Positions 40,811-50,638 of a DNA stretch of 64,000 bases are shown piece by piece. Numbering within the stretch: position 1 is the stretch's first letter; each line of letters opens with the position of its first letter. The position numbers were made by a program, and so were the translations under genes. Source of the DNA: Candidatus Algichlamydia australiensis (lineage in GTDB: Bacteria > Chlamydiota > Chlamydiia > Chlamydiales > JAJFMI01); assembly GCA_033977065.1 (NCBI GenBank), contig JAXCHI010000004.1, positions 433,236-497,235 of the forward strand, given 5' to 3'. The notes under the pieces were generated by a model. That model was not told where the DNA came from. It did not search any database and was given only the letters and a program-made list of their open reading frames with translations.

Positions 40811-41983
40811 TTAAGTGATAAATTTTTCTTGAAACGCTTCTAAGCTCCCTTTAGAATCAGGAGTAATAGAAAAAATAACTTTTTTAAGGCTGTTAAACCT
40901 TAGTGTTTCAAAGCCGCTAGAATAGCATCCTGCAACTGTTTTGGGTGAGTTATTAAATTCCCCGCATCCAAAAGCGCCTGTAATCAGTGTAGTGTATTCA
41001 CGCTCTTCTGCAATTTTTAAATGGTCCCAAATTTTAGTCAGCATTTCATTCAATTCTTCTTTTGTAGCAGGTTCATTTGCTGCAATATGGGAACGATTTA
41101 CAGCTGTAGAGTATAAGATATCAATTTGGAAGGGTTTATCCAGGCGTTTAAAGTTCTTCTCTTCACTATCTTGAAATACAGTTACATTAGGGACAAGAAA
41201 ATGATGATTATAAAGGCAAAAACTGCCTTTTTCTGGATTATCTTGTTTTGTAAATAGATCGCTATCTCTATTTACAGCCTCCTCTAGCATACCTTTTACA
41301 TGATCTGTCCAACCGGCCATTGTGCTACGTCGGCAGATGTCTTCTTCTTGTCCACCGTTTTCATGCAAAAAGCCTCCTCCTGGCTCCTCTGGACTTCCAA
41401 ACATGACAAGAAGAACTCTACTGCCCTCTTTACTAGCCTCTTCTTGAGCTTGAGAGAGACAGTCGTTTTCAGACACAGTTATGTCTTTAAGCTTAGTTCC
41501 ATCAGGGCAGCCAACAACACCTTGGTAAATGACTTCTGTTGCTCGAAAATGGTCGGCACCAGATGGATAGGTTTCATCTCTAGTTAAAGCGAGTGCCTGC
41601 TTTCCTGCTTCAGAGCGCGGCTTTTTTTGTTCGAAAATTACGTCAGGCTCTTCTTGAATTGGGTCAGCTGGTTGGACTTGTAAACCAGAAGTTGTATCTG
41701 GCTCTTTAGATAGCGGCAAATGTGTTTTTTGAGAAATGGAATCCAAAGGGGAATTAGGATCAAAAATCAACTTTGCTGCAACAAGAGTCAAAGAGAGAAC
41801 ATTTAGATAGGTGGATTTGACTCTTAGGTTGAGCAAAGAGATAGTTCCTGGGATCAAGCAGTAAAGTGCTCCTTTACGATTATTGCTGAGGGCTCTTTCT
41901 AGGGCCCAGAGAAGTGACGTTCCTCCAATCGTGCATGTACCGCAGGTTCTCCAAGTTGGGGGAAAATAATTCCTGAGTCTCAT
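40811..41983 (-). CDS. Bacterial-type PARG (TIGR02452/DUF2263-like macrodomain) with N-terminal hydrophobic region
   Basis: PGGGF....GQEEDICRRS and GAFGCGEFNN signatures. Confidence 0.8.
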   Translation of the reverse strand: MRLRNYFPPTWRTCGTCTIGGTSLLWALERALSNNRKGALYCLIPGTISLLNLRVKSTYLNVLSLTLVAAKLIFDPNSPLDSISQKTHLPLSKEPDTTSGLQVQPADPIQEEPDVIFEQKKPRSEAGKQALALTRDETYPSGADHFRATEVIYQGVVGCPDGTKLKDITVSENDCLSQAQEEASKEGSRVLLVMFGSPEEPGGGFLHENGGQEEDICRRSTMAGWTDHVKGMLEEAVNRDSDLFTKQDNPEKGSFCLYNHHFLVPNVTVFQDSEEKNFKRLDKPFQIDILYSTAVNRSHIAANEPATKEELNEMLTKIWDHLKIAEEREYTTLITGAFGCGEFNNSPKTVAGCYSSGFETLRFNSLKKVIFSITPDSKGSLEAFQEKFIT

Positions 41984-42795
41984 TTGAGGACTTCCGTTAA
42001 ATGATTTTTGTATTCGTCGGATAGATAGATATGTCTGTGCGCATATCCTTCGATGGTTGTAAGAGAGGTCTCAAGACGTCCCTTTACAAGGTCAAGCAAT
42101 CTTAGAGAGGAGTCGTAGGCAATCACTTCATCTTCGACTCCATGAAAGATGTGAACGGGGCAGCGCACGCTTTGGATCCAGTGGTTAGTAGGAAAAGGAT
42201 ATTTTAAGATTACTTTTACCAGGGCAGGAGGAATCCACTCTTTTGTGTTGCAGGCAGAATCAAGAAGGCTATAGTAGGGCGATTCGAGAAGAAGCATTTG
42301 GGGATTATGTCTTGCGGCAATGTAGGTGGCGATGCCCGTGCCAAGAGAGCTCCCATAAATAGCGAGGCGCTCTTCACCAAAGCGCTCCTTTGCGTAAGAG
42401 TAGATAAGTTCAGCATCAGAGAGGATAGCTTCGTAAGAGAGTTTCCCGCGACTTTTACCGGAACTGCGGTAGTCCATCATGAGGACATCGTAGCCACGTG
42501 ATGTGAAATCAAGAGTTGTCTCACCCCAGGGAAACTCTAAGTTTCCTCCGCGTCCTTTGTAGTAGACAAGAACGCCTTTTGCATTTTTGGCTGGTGTGTA
42601 GAGCGCGTGCAGCTTGACTCCTTCTTCTGGTGTTAGCGTAATCTCTTCGTAGGGGAATTCAAAAGAAAATTTATGGTCATTCGAAAGAGGAACGGGCTTA
42701 AAGAGTTCACGCTCTTGCGTGAGATAGATGTAGCTAAAAGGGGTGCAGAGGATGAGTGCGAGCAGACTAATTGAGTAGAGTTTCCATCGTTTCAT
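41980..42795 (-). CDS. Membrane-anchored alpha/beta hydrolase (ABHD13/17-like)
   Basis: DYRSSGKSRG, GSSLGTG, FHG.EDEVI, terminal His. Confidence 0.85.
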   Translation of the reverse strand: MKRWKLYSISLLALILCTPFSYIYLTQERELFKPVPLSNDHKFSFEFPYEEITLTPEEGVKLHALYTPAKNAKGVLVYYKGRGGNLEFPWGETTLDFTSRGYDVLMMDYRSSGKSRGKLSYEAILSDAELIYSYAKERFGEERLAIYGSSLGTGIATYIAARHNPQMLLLESPYYSLLDSACNTKEWIPPALVKVILKYPFPTNHWIQSVRCPVHIFHGVEDEVIAYDSSLRLLDLVKGRLETSLTTIEGYAHRHIYLSDEYKNHLTEVLK

Positions 42796-42819
42796 GTACC
42801 CATTTTAAGGCGCGTGAAA

Positions 42820-43713
42820 TCAAATTTCAAGTAGTGTTTCACAGAGGTGGTAAGATTCTGTTTGAACTTGTGCACTCTTTTCTTGCATGTGTACTTTTGC
42901 TCTTCCTGGACGGTCTAAGAAATCTCCCTGCTCTAGAATAAGAGTTTGAGGATTTTTTTGAATCCAGCCACTTTTATGCAAAAAGTGGGCAATGCCTCCA
43001 GGAAGTGCGCCTAGATAGCTCTGCTCTTGAGCACTCAACCACGGCGTCCAAGAGCGGGTATGAGCGTGATGCCCCTTTTCAAAAGTTTCAGGTGTTACAA
43101 AAGAGACAGTAGCTAAATTGTTTTCTCGCAGGTAGGGAAGGGCAAACTGGGCGTCGAGTTGTACCTCTGCAAGGTTTTCTAAATTATTTGTTGGCAAATA
43201 GAGGTGACGCGCCTTTTTTTCAATCATAGGCAGATGCTCAGGGTGAAGCAAATGAGAGGGGAGTCCAAGTCGCAAAGAAATTTGATCGAGGCGCTCGTGA
43301 CTTGGTTCTAATTCGATATTTGCCATTTCGTAGCTAATTTTAGCCTCTTTTTCTCCCTTCATCTCCACATGAAAGGGGTAGAGGTTCTTTCCTGCCTCAA
43401 TTTTAAAGGGATAGCTTTTGCCTTTTTTCACGCCAAAAGCACCAGCTTTTGCAACGCAAGTAAGTGCTGCTAGGGCTGAACTTACGCAAAATTTAATCTC
43501 TTCTCCCTTGTTTGTAAAAAAGCGGAGAGCAAAATCGCCTTTTTTGCCTGGATAGAGGTAAGCGATGTTTGTGGGAGCCACCTCTTTTGCGACCATTTCT
43601 AGTTTCTCATCAGAGAGTCCCTCAGCACCAAAAATGACTGACGCGGGACACCCCTTGAAAGGGGTGGCTGTAAATGTGTCAACTTGATGGATATGAAGTT
43701 TTTTATTTTTCAT
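42820..43713 (-). CDS. PhzF-family protein with degenerate catalytic motifs
   Basis: QVDTFT..PFKG.PA, LRFFT...EI.FC, EQG..LDRPG. Confidence 0.75.
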   Translation of the reverse strand: MKNKKLHIHQVDTFTATPFKGCPASVIFGAEGLSDEKLEMVAKEVAPTNIAYLYPGKKGDFALRFFTNKGEEIKFCVSSALAALTCVAKAGAFGVKKGKSYPFKIEAGKNLYPFHVEMKGEKEAKISYEMANIELEPSHERLDQISLRLGLPSHLLHPEHLPMIEKKARHLYLPTNNLENLAEVQLDAQFALPYLRENNLATVSFVTPETFEKGHHAHTRSWTPWLSAQEQSYLGALPGGIAHFLHKSGWIQKNPQTLILEQGDFLDRPGRAKVHMQEKSAQVQTESYHLCETLLEI

Positions 43714-44413
43714 GAAGCGCTTCTCCGAAAAGTCCTTGAAGAGGAGATAATCTCCCATTGCTATCGAGTCCTTGAATGACTCCCTGGATCATATTTTGCA
43801 GATTTTCAATACTGAAGATTTCATCTAACATTTGCTCAATCACAATATCCATAATCACCGAGCTTGGAATGCCCCCTTCGCTACTCACATTGTTGAGTGA
43901 AATTTTATCGATAGGTTTTAATCTTTTGACTTTTCCAGGCTCATTTGTGTAAGCAAGATCGATGATGATATTGCGCAGGCGCAATTTTTTAATTAAGACG
44001 GTTTTTTTTGTCTCTTCGCTGTTCAAACTGTTGCGTTTGATGTTTCCCATAATTGTTGTCCAGTTGCCGCTGCTACTTCCTTTGCGGTCAAACTCCACAC
44101 CAATGTAGATGTTTTTTGCCTCAACGCGGTCGATGACAATATTGTCATCAAGGTATCGGGAGAGGGGAGCGTCAATCTCCGCTTTTTGGATTCCAAGGGC
44201 TCGAGAAAGAGTGCGACCAGGAGGATTTCCCATCGCAAAGCGGCGAACACTAATTTTGTCTAAAGTTGCTCCAATATCACCAATTGATACCGTTACACCC
44301 GCCTCTTTTGAAAGTTTATTGGTTACCCAGGAAGGGACCATATTCCATGCAAAGAATCCTGCTGCAAAAAGGAGGATCACAATGATGATAAAGAACTTAA
44401 AAAATGTTTTCAT
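43703..44413 (-). CDS. AsmA-like membrane-anchored protein
   Basis: N-terminal TM, GV.VSIG, NP.G, SNW-like motif. Confidence 0.55.
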   Translation of the reverse strand: MKTFFKFFIIIVILLFAAGFFAWNMVPSWVTNKLSKEAGVTVSIGDIGATLDKISVRRFAMGNPPGRTLSRALGIQKAEIDAPLSRYLDDNIVIDRVEAKNIYIGVEFDRKGSSSGNWTTIMGNIKRNSLNSEETKKTVLIKKLRLRNIIIDLAYTNEPGKVKRLKPIDKISLNNVSSEGGIPSSVIMDIVIEQMLDEIFSIENLQNMIQGVIQGLDSNGRLSPLQGLFGEALHEK

Positions 44414-44490
44414 AGCTTGTTATTCTGGATTGTCTATAAAACTTCATTAATTGGGTAGAATTTTTTTTTGAATTCTAGTTTAAAGGGGGT

Positions 44491-46374
44491 ATGAATCGCA
44501 ACCGCATTAACTACCTTTTTTACGCTCTTTTTTTTATTGCCCTCTATGCTTTAACTGCTTTTCACACTCTTTGGGTTCACCATCTCTCTCCAGCAGCGCG
44601 CACCTCTTTTTTAATGGTTGCCTTCATTCAATGCGCTTTAGAAGTACTCGCATTAATTTTGATTGGGAATTTGATTAAGCGCTATCTCCCCAGAGCTTTT
44701 TACTCTATTTTCATCTCACTTGTCTTTCTCTGGCTCTTGTTGCACGTTGCCGATTTTATTGCGATGCGAATGAGCAACTTAAGTTTTTGGTATGCAGTTG
44801 ATACATTTGTCATGCGCGAGCGGTTTTCCAATTTGGTTGAGCTTTTGCACCAGACTGGAATTGCGATCTCTCTTTGGGTTGTTCTGGTTTTAGGAATTTT
44901 GTTGCTCCCACTTTTTGGAGTTTTTCTCTACCGGTTAAGCGATAAAGTTTCTCAGAAATGGCAAGTCGCTTTTTCTCATAAACATCTCTTTTCTATGATG
45001 CTGCTCTTTTCTGGAGGAATGATTCTTTGGGATGTGACACACTGGGGGTTAATTCATGCGGTTGACTACCAACGCTTCGCTAGGGTTTTACCTTGGAAAC
45101 GCACGCTGATCACTCCTAATCGAGAAAATCTTGTTTTTCGCCACACTCTCTTAGGACCTCAAGATGAACAAGAGGGAAAGCTCTTTCTGGCAAATATGAA
45201 GCCAAAACTTGAGCGGAATCCCAATATCTATCTATTCATTGCAGAGAGTTTGCGAGGAGATTTTCTTACCAACCGGGTATCTCCCCATCTCTCAAAATTT
45301 AGAGAGGAGAGTCTCTCCGCAGAGCTTGCGCTGAGTAATGCAAACGCTACACATCCTTCTTGGTTCACGATTTTTCATAGTAAATACCCCTATGAGTGGG
45401 TTGAAATGAAAAATCGCAATTGGGAGACGGGAAGTCTTGGGCTGGCAATGCTGAAAAAAATGGGATATCAAATCCGCCTTTACAGTGCAGCTCAACTCAA
45501 CTACTACCAGATGGATGAGCTCATTTTTGGAAAAGAGAAATATTTAATCGATCATTATGAATTTTTTCCTCACTACCCCCCAAAAGAGGCAGCAGAATCC
45601 GATCAGGAAGTAATGAGCGCTCTTTCACGTGACCTAGAAGATCCGAGCTTGCGCGAAGGAAATCTTTTTATAGTTTTCTTCGATTCGACCCATTTTAATT
45701 ACTCTTGGCCCAAGGAGATGGCGCCCCCTTTTACTCCCTATGCTGAGTCAATCAGCATGCTGACATCGACCATGACAACTTCAGGAGTAGAGGAGATTAA
45801 AAATCGCTACCGCAACTCGATCTACTACATAGATAGCCTCTTTGGAGCATTTACACAAAAGCTCAAAGAGCAGAAGCTTTACAAGGATTCGGTGATTGTG
45901 TTTACTGCCGATCATGGAGAAGAGTTTTTTGAGCGCGGTCACCTCTTCCATGCAACAGAGCTCAACCGTGAGCAGCTCGAGATCCCTCTCTATCTTAAAA
46001 TGGGGCTGTTTAAAGGAAAAGTTCCCATTGCTTCGCATATGAATCTTATGCCAACACTTTTGGACTATGTAACCAGAGGCCAAGAGTACCGAGCGCTTGT
46101 TCAAGGGGACTCTCTTATCCACTCTCATCAGCCTCCCTATGTTATCTCGTTTATGAATAGCTGGAATCGCGATCCCATTGAATTTCAGATTCACAACGGC
46201 CTGCAATCCCTGCACGCCCGTTATCCAGAAGATCTCTACAACTCCAGCTCTGTAGAGATTCTTGAAATTCGCGACCTAAAAGGGGAGAGTCTCTATTACG
46301 GCTCTAAAGAGGAGCAAAAAGCAGCTGCTGAGACCCTCTTCCATCGCGCATTCGAACCTCTCTTTGGTGAGTAA
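44491..46374 (+). CDS. Membrane sulfatase-like hydrolase/transferase (YejM/LtaS-like)
   Basis: Five TM segments then NIYLFIAESLR, H..Y, TADHGEEF. Confidence 0.85.
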   Translation: MNRNRINYLFYALFFIALYALTAFHTLWVHHLSPAARTSFLMVAFIQCALEVLALILIGNLIKRYLPRAFYSIFISLVFLWLLLHVADFIAMRMSNLSFWYAVDTFVMRERFSNLVELLHQTGIAISLWVVLVLGILLLPLFGVFLYRLSDKVSQKWQVAFSHKHLFSMMLLFSGGMILWDVTHWGLIHAVDYQRFARVLPWKRTLITPNRENLVFRHTLLGPQDEQEGKLFLANMKPKLERNPNIYLFIAESLRGDFLTNRVSPHLSKFREESLSAELALSNANATHPSWFTIFHSKYPYEWVEMKNRNWETGSLGLAMLKKMGYQIRLYSAAQLNYYQMDELIFGKEKYLIDHYEFFPHYPPKEAAESDQEVMSALSRDLEDPSLREGNLFIVFFDSTHFNYSWPKEMAPPFTPYAESISMLTSTMTTSGVEEIKNRYRNSIYYIDSLFGAFTQKLKEQKLYKDSVIVFTADHGEEFFERGHLFHATELNREQLEIPLYLKMGLFKGKVPIASHMNLMPTLLDYVTRGQEYRALVQGDSLIHSHQPPYVISFMNSWNRDPIEFQIHNGLQSLHARYPEDLYNSSSVEILEIRDLKGESLYYGSKEEQKAAAETLFHRAFEPLFGE

Positions 46375-46384
46375 ATCCTCTGTA

Positions 46385-46553
46385 CTAGTACTCTGTAACA
46401 GAAATTTTTAGCATTATTTTTACGTCAAAGCCTCGGGATTGAACTATCGAAAATCACCTCGTATTTGATTAATACTAGGTGACTTGCGATAGCCCAATCG
46501 CGAGAGCTTTCACGTTAAAAAGAATAGCAAAAATTTTTGTTACAGAGTACTAG
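46385..46553 (+). mobile_element. Family A-short element
   Basis: 169 bp, CTAG-bounded. Confidence 0.95.
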
Positions 46554-46958
46554 TACTCAGTAACAGAAAATCTTAGTGTTTAATTTAAAAAAACAGCCAA
46601 TAGAGACAGTCGGGCAAATCCCCGCTGCCCTTTGAGCTTCACCTTGGCATGCCAAATTGCGTTTCGTCGGAAAACCGTGCAAAGCACTACTTCTTCCTCC
46701 TGCACCGCAATTTTTCAAAGCCAATCTGAAGCCATCGAGCGCATCGCGCGTTCATTCCCCACCCTCCACTTTGTTTCGGGAGGGGCCCCTTTCACGTCGC
46801 TTGCGCGGCTGTTTTTTTTGTTTTGCAGAAAACTTTGCAAGGTCTAGACAGCTTTTTCAATCACATACAATCGCTTTACTTTTCACGTTTGGGATCCATT
46901 TTTATGCGAAGGCTTTGACGTAAAAATAATGCTAAAAATTTCTGTTACAGAGTACTAG
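46550..46958 (-). mobile_element. Family A-long element, inverted
   Basis: 409 bp, CTAG-bounded. Confidence 0.95.
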
Positions 46959-47034
46959 ACAAAAATTTCCCCAATGGGAGAGCTGCGCCTTTATCAAATC
47001 GATTCTCCTCCTCATCCATAGCACTATGGGCTAT

Positions 47035-47194
47035 GAACCTATCCAACTAAACATGCTTTTGCCTTTTTCCACATTTTTGGCTGGATTTTGAGCTATTTTT
47101 TCAAACAACTTAATTAAGTTGTTTTCAAAAAGATCCCAAAATCCTTCTCAAAACTGAGAAAAAATTTCAAAAGCAGCTTTAGTTGGATAGGTTC
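47035..47194. mobile_element. Family-D hairpin element (160 bp)
   Basis: Terminal IR GAACCTATCCAACTAAA / TTTAGTTGGATAGGTTC; AT duplicated; central palindrome AAACAACTTAATTAAGTTGTTT; absent from the other C copy. Confidence 0.85.
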
Positions 47195-47392
47195 ATGGAC
47201 TCGTCGCTCGAAACTCTGCTGCTTTGATTTGATTTTGGCTCGCTTTTTCTCCTCTTAGCAAAATTTTTGCACAGTACAGATGAGTAAACCATTCAAAATT
47301 AGTTACTTAAATTTTATACTTTAAAATTAATTAATTTAGTGTTAAAATAGTTTTTGCAAACAATAAACAATATAATAAAAAGTAGGTTTAAA

Positions 47393-48010
47393 ATGGCAAG
47401 CATTAAAAAAAGCTCAGCATCACCTTTAGGATCAGCTGCAGCTAATGATTTTTTAGCCTTTGGAAAGAGAGCTAAAGAACTTCAGGCAAGTTTAAAGCAG
47501 ATGCCAACTTCTAGTATAACAACAACTTTTGGGAAAGTATCAGTAAAAGCCGAGGAAAAGAACTCCCTTTTTTCATCTTTTTTAGATGTATCAGGAAAGA
47601 CGGCACTCGTTGCGGCAGCAGCTTTATCTGTCGGTGTTATTGGAGTCCAGCTAACCTCTCTGCTTGTAGCACTGCTACTTGTCGGCTTTTTTATCCGTAA
47701 GCACGGAGTTACAAGTCCAAAAGAAGTAAGTGAAGTCATACAAAATGCGATTCCAAGTGCACCAGAAACACCGGAGTTGCGCTTCTCAAAAAATCTTGAA
47801 GAGCTAGGATTTCTTCGAACATTTGATTTTAAAGCAGATCGTAAAAATGTTTTTAGTGCGGTGGCTCCAAATGGTCTCACCGTTTACAAATACGAGGAGA
47901 ATCCTTTGAAACAGCTCTATTTGATGGAAGTTGTAGGTGCTAAACGGCTATCTACAGCAGAAGCGAATAATGGCCTGAGAAAGAAAAGGCCGAATCCATT
48001 CTTAGCTTAG
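47393..48010 (+). CDS. Inc-like protein with a long hydrophobic segment
   Basis: Ser-rich N-terminus, roughly 30-aa hydrophobic stretch; shares a domain with the next gene. Confidence 0.6.
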   Translation: MASIKKSSASPLGSAAANDFLAFGKRAKELQASLKQMPTSSITTTFGKVSVKAEEKNSLFSSFLDVSGKTALVAAAALSVGVIGVQLTSLLVALLLVGFFIRKHGVTSPKEVSEVIQNAIPSAPETPELRFSKNLEELGFLRTFDFKADRKNVFSAVAPNGLTVYKYEENPLKQLYLMEVVGAKRLSTAEANNGLRKKRPNPFLA

Positions 48011-48066
48011 TTTTAAGAATATATTAAAAATAATAAAGATAATAATAAGATAATAAGAGGTAAAAT

Positions 48067-48792
48067 ATGTTAATTGACCCAAGTCCAAACACGAGCCCAT
48101 TTGATATAGCTCAACTACATGGAAGCCGATCCGTATTTGATTTATATAAAGAAGGCTTTGCTCTTCAGATTGGTCCCCATGAAGACCATCAAAATGTTTT
48201 TTTTCAGGTAACACCTGATAGCCTTATCATGTATAAGCATGAAACGGATCCTATTCAGCAATTATATTTGGAGTCAGTAGGAGCTAGACGCTATTCTGAT
48301 GTTGAAGCAGAAATAGAAGCAAAAGAAGCTGCTGAGGTCTCCCCTAAACTGAGACAAAGAACAACTATCCCTGTTAAATCATTTGAAGATCTTAGTGTAG
48401 AAACTTCAGAAAATACCGGAGCAGTACGTTCTACCTTTAAAGGCATCCTGAAAACGATTTTATTTGCTCCATTACTTTTGGGAATTGGTGTTACCCTTGC
48501 AGTGGTAGTGCCATTTCTCTTAGTCTTCGGGATTCCAACACTCTTAGCTATTAGCCTTGTGGTGAAAGCAGTCTCTTTTATTGCGCAAAGGATCAAAGCT
48601 GAAGGCACAAGAGAGCCCGAGGAGTTATTAGCTCGAGCAAATGATACAGCAGAAGAAGCTCATCTCACTTTTGCTGAGCAAGAACCTGTAGTTGAAGAGG
48701 AAGTTCCAACTCAAGAGGTTCCACCAGAGCCTGCTACTGTAGCAGATACAACGCCTGAGATGATGGATCTGATGATGGATCTGATGTATTAA
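48067..48792 (+). CDS. Inc-like protein with bilobed hydrophobic domain and acidic tail
   Basis: Roughly 45-aa hydrophobic stretch; GAGG RBS. Confidence 0.65.
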   Translation: MLIDPSPNTSPFDIAQLHGSRSVFDLYKEGFALQIGPHEDHQNVFFQVTPDSLIMYKHETDPIQQLYLESVGARRYSDVEAEIEAKEAAEVSPKLRQRTTIPVKSFEDLSVETSENTGAVRSTFKGILKTILFAPLLLGIGVTLAVVVPFLLVFGIPTLLAISLVVKAVSFIAQRIKAEGTREPEELLARANDTAEEAHLTFAEQEPVVEEEVPTQEVPPEPATVADTTPEMMDLMMDLMY

Positions 48793-48816
48793 AGAACGTT
48801 GCAAATACCGAATGTT

Positions 48817-48846
48817 AAAGGGAGGGTGTTTTCACTCTCCCTTTTT
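48817..48846 (+). terminator. Intrinsic terminator
   Basis: AAAGGGAGGGTG-TTTT-CACTCTCCCTTTTT. Confidence 0.8.
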
Positions 48847-48918
48847 ATTATCAAGAACTTACGATTCTATTTATCAATAAATTAATATTATGTTAAAATT
48901 ATTTTTAATATTAATAGG

Positions 48919-49206
48919 TTGATTATGGATGTATTTGAAGCGGCACCCAAATTATTTAACACTGAATCAGAAGCATTTTTTCAGGAAGGAACAAAAAAAA
49001 CTATCCATCTAACTCCTCAACCCACTACTTCTGCAAAAGTAAGTTTAGAGGGAAGAGCTTCTAAAACAAATTATAGCAAGGTAGTCGCCTATATTATTGG
49101 CGCTATTGCTGCTACTCTCCTTTTGCCAGTGACGCTTTCAATTGGAGTTCTTCTTTGTTTTTTCGCAATGCTAAGTATCAAGATAAAAGAGGAGATGATC
49201 GGCTAG
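48919..49206 (+). CDS. Small Inc-like protein
   Basis: SLEGR motif followed by a long hydrophobic hairpin. Confidence 0.55.
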   Translation: MIMDVFEAAPKLFNTESEAFFQEGTKKTIHLTPQPTTSAKVSLEGRASKTNYSKVVAYIIGAIAATLLLPVTLSIGVLLCFFAMLSIKIKEEMIG

Positions 49207-50223
49207 CACAATTGCTGCCATCGCTTCGACAACTGCGGTTGCGCGAATAGCCACACAGGGATCGTGACGAGATTTGAGGGGAAGAACCAAGGTTTGGCTT
49301 TTCCCTTTTTTTGTTACAGTTTTTTGAGCAATGCGAATCGAAGAGGTGGGCTTAAAAGCAACTCGAATAGAAATGGGCGCGCCGCTTGCCACTCCTCCTA
49401 GAGTACCACCCGCGTTGTTGGTAGCAAGGCCGTTTGGAGTAAAAGAGTCATTGTGTTCACTTCCGCGCATTGCAGAGCTTGCAAAACCGCAACCAATTTC
49501 AAAACCTTTGCTTGCAGGAATGGAGAGCATGGCTGTTGCCAAGTCGGCCTCTAATTTGCGGTAGACAGGGCCGCCGAGAGGAAAGGGGATAGGGGAGGTG
49601 ATTAGCTCAATAATGCCACCTGTTGAATCTCCCGCAATTTTTAACTCTTCCAGATAGGCAAGCATCTCTTTTTCTGCTGCGCTATCAAGGCAGAAAATTT
49701 TACTCTCTTTGCGCTCTTGTGTTTTGCCTTTTGCAGGAATGCCTCCTAGCTCAACAAGGTGCGCTGAGAGGGCAATCTCATGGGTTTTTAAAAGCTTTTT
49801 TGCGATGGCTCCTGCAGCAACGCGAGCCGCGGTTTCTCGCGCTGAAGCCCGCCCGCCCCCGCGATAGTCAAAATTGCCATACTTTTTCTCCCAGGTCGCA
49901 TTGGCATGTCCCGGTCTGAGTAGTTCTTTGATTTTTTCGTAAGGCTCTGAGTTTGCATCTCTGTTGGGAATAATAAGAGAGATGGGTGCTCCTGTAGTCT
50001 TTCCTTTAAAGACTCCTGAGTAAATTTCAACCTGATCGGGCTCTTTTCGTGGCGAGGTGTAGGCAGAATAACCTGGCCTTCGCAGGTCAAGCTCTTGCTG
50101 AATCTCTTCGCAAGTAATGGGTAAATTGGAAGGGCAGCCATCAATGACAACACCGATCGCTTTTCCGTGAGACTCTCCCCAGGTTGTGATACGAAAATTG
50201 TGACCGAAGGAGTTAGATGCCAT
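49171..50223 (-). CDS. aroC: Chorismate synthase
   Basis: GESHG, RPGHA, GGGRASARET, FKPTSSI, RHDPC. Confidence 0.97.
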   Translation of the reverse strand: MASNSFGHNFRITTWGESHGKAIGVVIDGCPSNLPITCEEIQQELDLRRPGYSAYTSPRKEPDQVEIYSGVFKGKTTGAPISLIIPNRDANSEPYEKIKELLRPGHANATWEKKYGNFDYRGGGRASARETAARVAAGAIAKKLLKTHEIALSAHLVELGGIPAKGKTQERKESKIFCLDSAAEKEMLAYLEELKIAGDSTGGIIELITSPIPFPLGGPVYRKLEADLATAMLSIPASKGFEIGCGFASSAMRGSEHNDSFTPNGLATNNAGGTLGGVASGAPISIRVAFKPTSSIRIAQKTVTKKGKSQTLVLPLKSRHDPCVAIRATAVVEAMAAIVLADHLLFYLDT

Positions 50224-50638
50224 AATTTATTTCAATATGAGCCGCTTTGCGGCAAATTTCAACTCGTAGCTGATAGTAAGCCTCTTTTGAAGGGGTAAAT
50301 ATTGGTGAATCTACCATTTCAACTCGCTTAAGCCAGCTCTTTTTATCTACATGAATATAGATGATGGTGCCGCGCTGACGCAAGTATTTGCGATTTTCTG
50401 GAAGAAGAAGCGCTCCTCCACCAAGGGCGATGATGCTGCTTTCAACCCTCTTTAATTTTTGTAAGGTAGATTTTTCCAATTCACGAAAATTTTTCTCTCC
50501 CAGCTCAAGATAGAGTTTTTTTGAGTCACCAAACATCTGATCTGTATCAAAAAAAGGCCTCCCAAGTAACTCTGCAAGCTTTTTTCCAAAGGTCGTTTTT
50601 CCCGCTCCTTTAGGACCACATAAAATCAGATTACTCAA
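50213..50638 (-). CDS. aroK: Shikimate kinase
   Basis: GPKGAGKTT, DTD, GE..FR..E, LGGG. Confidence 0.92.
   Translation of the reverse strand: MSNLILCGPKGAGKTTFGKKLAELLGRPFFDTDQMFGDSKKLYLELGEKNFRELEKSTLQKLKRVESSIIALGGGALLLPENRKYLRQRGTIIYIHVDKKSWLKRVEMVDSPIFTPSKEAYYQLRVEICRKAAHIEINYGI

Larger units (their letters stand above)
46378..47281 (-). mobile_element. Family-C element hosting three nested elements
   Basis: Matches the reverse complement of 34879-35049 once inserts are removed; 9-bp repeat GAGTAAATC / GAGTAAACC. Confidence 0.9.

Noticed and set aside
48760..48786. 12-bp tandem repeat encoding MMDLMMDLM
   Set aside because: A short slippage duplication at a C-terminus with no further support.
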